Both the position numbers and the translations under genes were made by a program. From a virus: a stretch of 64,000 nucleotides of DNA. The stretch covers positions 52,295-116,294 of the IMG/VR virus record IMGVR_UViG_3300010353_000347; one strand, given 5' to 3'. Positions 60,760-64,000 of the stretch are shown in pieces (position 1 is the stretch's first letter; each line of letters opens with the position of its first letter). The notes under the pieces were generated by a model. It saw only the letters and a list, made by a program, of their open reading frames with translations, was not told where the DNA came from and searched no databases.

Positions 60760-61638
60760 CTACCTGCCTCCCGGATAGGAGACCTCCTCTAGCGATTTCA
60801 CGTTGTCAGGTACCGTTTCATCGGCAAACTGGTAGTTCACCTCACGAACCGTCCTGGTAGCTTTCGTAGACGACGGGATCTGCCCCTGAATCGTGAAGGT
60901 GTAGACGGTGCGGAGGATCTTCTCGGCACGGTCGGATGCACCCTCTATCTGTGACGTTTCCCTAACAGAATCCAAAACAATGAATATGGGTAGGTACCCC
61001 CACGGCTCCCCGTGGTTGACTTTGACAGGAACGGGAACCTTGTCCAAGAACGTCCGGGAATAGTGGAGGAGGGCCGCGTTGGTATCCCTCATGGTGAGGG
61101 TCAGCAAGTCAAGCTGGTACTGAATCGTTACAGGAACAGGCTGGAGCCCCTGCATGACGGCGTTCCCGTCCCCCGACCATGCGAGCTTCCTTCGGAGGGG
61201 GCGGGAGAACCTACGTTGGTCCTGCTGCGGTGCGAACCTCTGAAGGGCAGCAACCGGGTAGTGGACGTTCCGGGTAGCTGCGTAGTCAGGTGCCTCTTCT
61301 ACGTTACCCGTCATGTACTCGGGGAAGGCCCAAGCGTTCGCCGGGGTGGCAAACACGATAGGCACCCGCTGTGTGTTTAGGACGTTCTGGATTAGCTGCC
61401 CCCTGTGGGGAGACTTGGAATCCCGACCCCTGGAGTCTAAAATCTCTCTCAGAGTGTCCAAAGGCAGTAGCTCTAGCTCCTGTGGTGAGTACACCCGACC
61501 CCCTGTATTGAGGGGGATCGAAAGAACGTCAAGCATAACAGAATCGTAGGTGGCAAGCAAGTCCTCATCGGGGAGCCATTCCTGCCCCACCCCTACGGAG
61601 CCTAAGTACCTCTCGGGTGCCAGAGCGTTTGGGTTCAT
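60760..61638 (-). CDS. Tail terminator/completion protein
   Basis: PVPVTIQYQLDLLTLTMRD...RTVYTFTIQG; ATGA coupling; upstream of sheath. Confidence 0.7.
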   Translation of the reverse strand: MNPNALAPERYLGSVGVGQEWLPDEDLLATYDSVMLDVLSIPLNTGGRVYSPQELELLPLDTLREILDSRGRDSKSPHRGQLIQNVLNTQRVPIVFATPANAWAFPEYMTGNVEEAPDYAATRNVHYPVAALQRFAPQQDQRRFSRPLRRKLAWSGDGNAVMQGLQPVPVTIQYQLDLLTLTMRDTNAALLHYSRTFLDKVPVPVKVNHGEPWGYLPIFIVLDSVRETSQIEGASDRAEKILRTVYTFTIQGQIPSSTKATRTVREVNYQFADETVPDNVKSLEEVSYPGGR

Positions 61639-62204
61639 GCTGGTAGGGTTACCTCCACGCCCAGAGCCTCTAGCCTCTCTACGAGTAGGGGAACGATCCC
61701 CTCCCAATACTGAGCGGCAAACTCTTTTTTGTGGGCCTCCATATTCTCTACCATGTCCGTTATCACGGGCCTCCAATGGGGCCTAGCTGGCATCCTCACC
61801 GTACCGTCCGCGTTGACCGTCCCGTACTCTAACCACTCCCCAATCTGAGACAGGGTTGCATCTGACTTGCTCAACCTTTGGTCCCTGTGGGGCCTGTCTG
61901 CCGGTGCCACAACGTACTGCCTGTTTTCCTCGTCTACTCTAGGCACGATGGAAGCGGCATACTCACCCGTTGCCCGAAGAATCCTCTCGTCTAGCCCAAG
62001 GGCCGCTTTACGGGCCTTATAGGGCGGGGAAAGGGGAGGCCACTCAGCTACCCCTACCTGACGGAGAATTTGGTCTCTAACACGCCCTGCTGCCCTCCCA
62101 GCAACCTTTAGGGCGGTCTTACGCCCCACCTCTTGGGCTTTGTCCCGAAGAACGGAAGCCATCTCGGCCAGAGCGGCTGGCATGGTGGCAGCGTCATTCG
62201 CCAT
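61635..62204 (-). CDS. Neck/tail completion protein (HK97 gp10-like)
   Basis: WPPLSPPYKARK...EWLEYGT...MPARPHWRP. Confidence 0.75.
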   Translation of the reverse strand: MANDAATMPAALAEMASVLRDKAQEVGRKTALKVAGRAAGRVRDQILRQVGVAEWPPLSPPYKARKAALGLDERILRATGEYAASIVPRVDEENRQYVVAPADRPHRDQRLSKSDATLSQIGEWLEYGTVNADGTVRMPARPHWRPVITDMVENMEAHKKEFAAQYWEGIVPLLVERLEALGVEVTLPA

Positions 62205-62745
62205 AAATGTCCCTGTACACCGATTTTGTCGGCATGGCGGAGTCCGATGCCTTCACTTCGGGTGGCTTCCCAGGGTTCGATAGGGGCTTGACCTTCAGGC
62301 CAGCCGCCTCTAGGGTCATAGGGGTGTCTGAGGCGTTCCCGAAGTAGTCCATTGGCCGTATGTCCGTTAGGACATAAAGCTCACCCTGCAAGAGTACGAA
62401 GTCCCCCACCTCCGGCCACGGGAATGGGGTTGCCTTGGGCTCCCCTGGAGGTAGGAAGCCGTCCTGTAGCACCTCTGTGGAAAACTGCACCCGAATGTCC
62501 CGCTTCTCTGCTATACCGAACCTCGTTAGCTCCGCCTGTTGGGGCTGGATGCGAACGAAGGCCGGGATGTCGTAGACCTCACCCGATAGGTAGTCCTCTA
62601 CCCTCTCCTCTTTGTAGAGAGGATCGTAGCTTCCTACCGCACGGTTCCTCTTGTGCAGCCGGATCGGTGCGAAAGCGAGACGATGTAGCTCCGCATGGTT
62701 GTTGCGGACAAACTGCATATCTCGCTTCGGGACGAAGAGTGGCAC
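62194..62745 (-). CDS. Head closure / neck protein
   Basis: YDPLYKEE...ELTRFGIAEKRDIRVQF...PEVGDFVLLQGELY. Confidence 0.7.
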   Translation of the reverse strand: MPLFVPKRDMQFVRNNHAELHRLAFAPIRLHKRNRAVGSYDPLYKEERVEDYLSGEVYDIPAFVRIQPQQAELTRFGIAEKRDIRVQFSTEVLQDGFLPPGEPKATPFPWPEVGDFVLLQGELYVLTDIRPMDYFGNASDTPMTLEAAGLKVKPLSNPGKPPEVKASDSAMPTKSVYRDIYGE

Positions 62746-62978
62746 TACACCCCCTCTAAATCACGGGCTGATCGTGCCAGCCGGTCAATGACCCTCTCCA
62801 ACTCAATCTCCAAAGCCTCGACATCTTCCCGTACTCCGCTCACAACAGGCCAATCCACCGGATCGGGGAGCCCGTGGAGGTCGCTGTAAGCGGCCCTCAG
62901 CTTCATAATGGTAGTGTCCAGGAAGCCCATAGCAGCCGCCAAGTTATTGATTGCCGAATCTGTCCTGCCCGTGTGCAT
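62745..62978 (-). CDS. Hypothetical protein
   Basis: MHTGRTDSAINN..., helical, coupled to next gene. Confidence 0.5.
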   Translation of the reverse strand: MHTGRTDSAINNLAAAMGFLDTTIMKLRAAYSDLHGLPDPVDWPVVSGVREDVEALEIELERVIDRLARSARDLEGV

Positions 62979-62983
62979 AACGG

Positions 62984-63790
62984 TTACCCCAACGAGGGAG
63001 TGATAAGGGGGACGCTTCGGATCATGTCGCGTAGCGTCTTTTCCCACAGGTCAGTACCCTCTCTGACCAGGGTGTCCCCGTCCATGTTGATTGTTGACTT
63101 GTCTGCCCCTGGAATGCCCTGGTACTTCCGCCTCATGTACCCTAGCTGCTCTTTCGCCTTGGCGAAGGACAGCTTCCTAATCCAAACCTCGTGCTGTGGC
63201 CTGATTCCTGCCAGAGCGGCGTCAAGCCGTTCCGTCTTTAGGGGTGATCCCTGGTCGTCTAGGGGGTTTGGAGAGTCAACAGGGTCGGCCTCCTCATCGA
63301 AAGCCGCGTCTACGTTAAGCATCCCGACGAACGAAACCTTTACGTCCTCTGTTGGAATGTACAGGTACAGGTTTCCGTCCTCCGGCACAAAGCGCCAGTC
63401 CGGGTTCGCAGAGAACACCGTGCGAGCCACCTTCGACCATTGGATGTAGATAGCCCAAGCTCTCGGAGACGAGAATTGGAAACTCGATCCGAGAGTAGAC
63501 AACCTACCCCCTAGCAAGGCTACCTCCGGGGAGGAAAGCTGTGCCGTGATCGTGGGGACAAAAGAAATTTCTTCGATCCCTCTCACGGGGGGATTGGGGT
63601 GGTAAACGTGCATCCCCTTGGTAGCCAGAAACGATTGATGAGAGCGCAGCGGAAAATAGCGGCTGTACTCCAACAGGGCGAGACGAATGGAGTGAGCGAT
63701 TTGAACGTCGCTCGACTCCACCGTAACGCCGTAGTTTCTGTCCTCTCCAAGCTGGAGACGGATGGAGCGAATCAGGTCTACCGACCTCAT
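62984..63790 (-). CDS. Neck / head-tail connector protein (gp13-like)
   Basis: IRLQLG..NYGV...AIRL ALLEY; WIRKLSFAKAKEQLGYMRRKYQGIPG...INMDGDTLVREG. Confidence 0.75.
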   Translation of the reverse strand: MRSVDLIRSIRLQLGEDRNYGVTVESSDVQIAHSIRLALLEYSRYFPLRSHQSFLATKGMHVYHPNPPVRGIEEISFVPTITAQLSSPEVALLGGRLSTLGSSFQFSSPRAWAIYIQWSKVARTVFSANPDWRFVPEDGNLYLYIPTEDVKVSFVGMLNVDAAFDEEADPVDSPNPLDDQGSPLKTERLDAALAGIRPQHEVWIRKLSFAKAKEQLGYMRRKYQGIPGADKSTINMDGDTLVREGTDLWEKTLRDMIRSVPLITPSLG

Positions 63791-63794
63791 AGGG

Positions 63795-64000
63795 TTAGAC
63801 CCCCTGGACTGCCTTGATAGCCTCGACTAGCTCTTGCTTTTTCATGCTCTTGGCATCGTGTACCCCGAGCTTGGTAGCCATTGATACTAGCTGCGGGCGA
63901 GATAGCTCATCCACGTTGGGAGAGTCTGCCTCTTCCGACTCATGCTCCACAGGGGCGGGCTCTACAGGCTTAGGAGCCTCCACCTTGGGAGCTTCTACCT
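63795..64000 (-). CDS. Partial protein with C-terminal Rho-N/HeH-like domain
   Basis: LSRPQLVSMATKLGVHDAKSMKKQELVEAI; extends beyond window. Confidence 0.65.
   Translation of the reverse strand, partial: VEAPKVEAPKPVEPAPVEHESEEADSPNVDELSRPQLVSMATKLGVHDAKSMKKQELVEAIKAVQGV

Noticed and set aside
1-64000. Genome-wide TAG reassignment (alternative genetic code)
   Set aside because: Long structural ORFs (1267, 1072, 784, 745 aa) are uninterrupted, many genes end in TAG followed by SD and an out-of-frame start, and no CTA-anticodon tRNA is present
1-64000. CRISPR array
   Set aside because: No regularly spaced identical repeats with unique spacers; the repeats found are coding or promoter elements

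Overview
A 64-kb slice of a large, GC-rich contractile-tailed (myovirus, jumbo-type) phage genome, almost entirely minus-strand. It holds neck, tail sheath, tube, chaperone, tape-measure, baseplate and fibre genes. Interleaved with them are: (i) a 27-tRNA array (10.1-16.8 kb) with an antisense endonuclease gene, a decayed HNH gene and several unexplained structured non-coding segments; (ii) many predicted head-packaged proteins with an F-x-x-L-(V/L)-E leader resembling the T4 capsid-targeting sequence, including four H-Y-E-type and one R-S-E-type ADP-ribosyltransferase-like domains; (iii) modular polyproteins whose domains are separated by a recurring ES-(basic)-[VIL]-[RK]-E linker; (iv) sigma70-type promoter cassettes driving small accessory genes. 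The clearest surprise is a two-cassette integron circle (BglII/BstYI-family restriction-modification pair plus an orphan gene) inserted into the last codons of a phage gene, with an 8-bp duplication and a permuted attC site. Several reading-frame breaks (CTT-TGA-C, C-CCT-TTC, in-frame TAG/TGA) cluster in the modular internal-protein genes while the long structural genes are intact. All family assignments come from motif recognition by eye; no searches were run.
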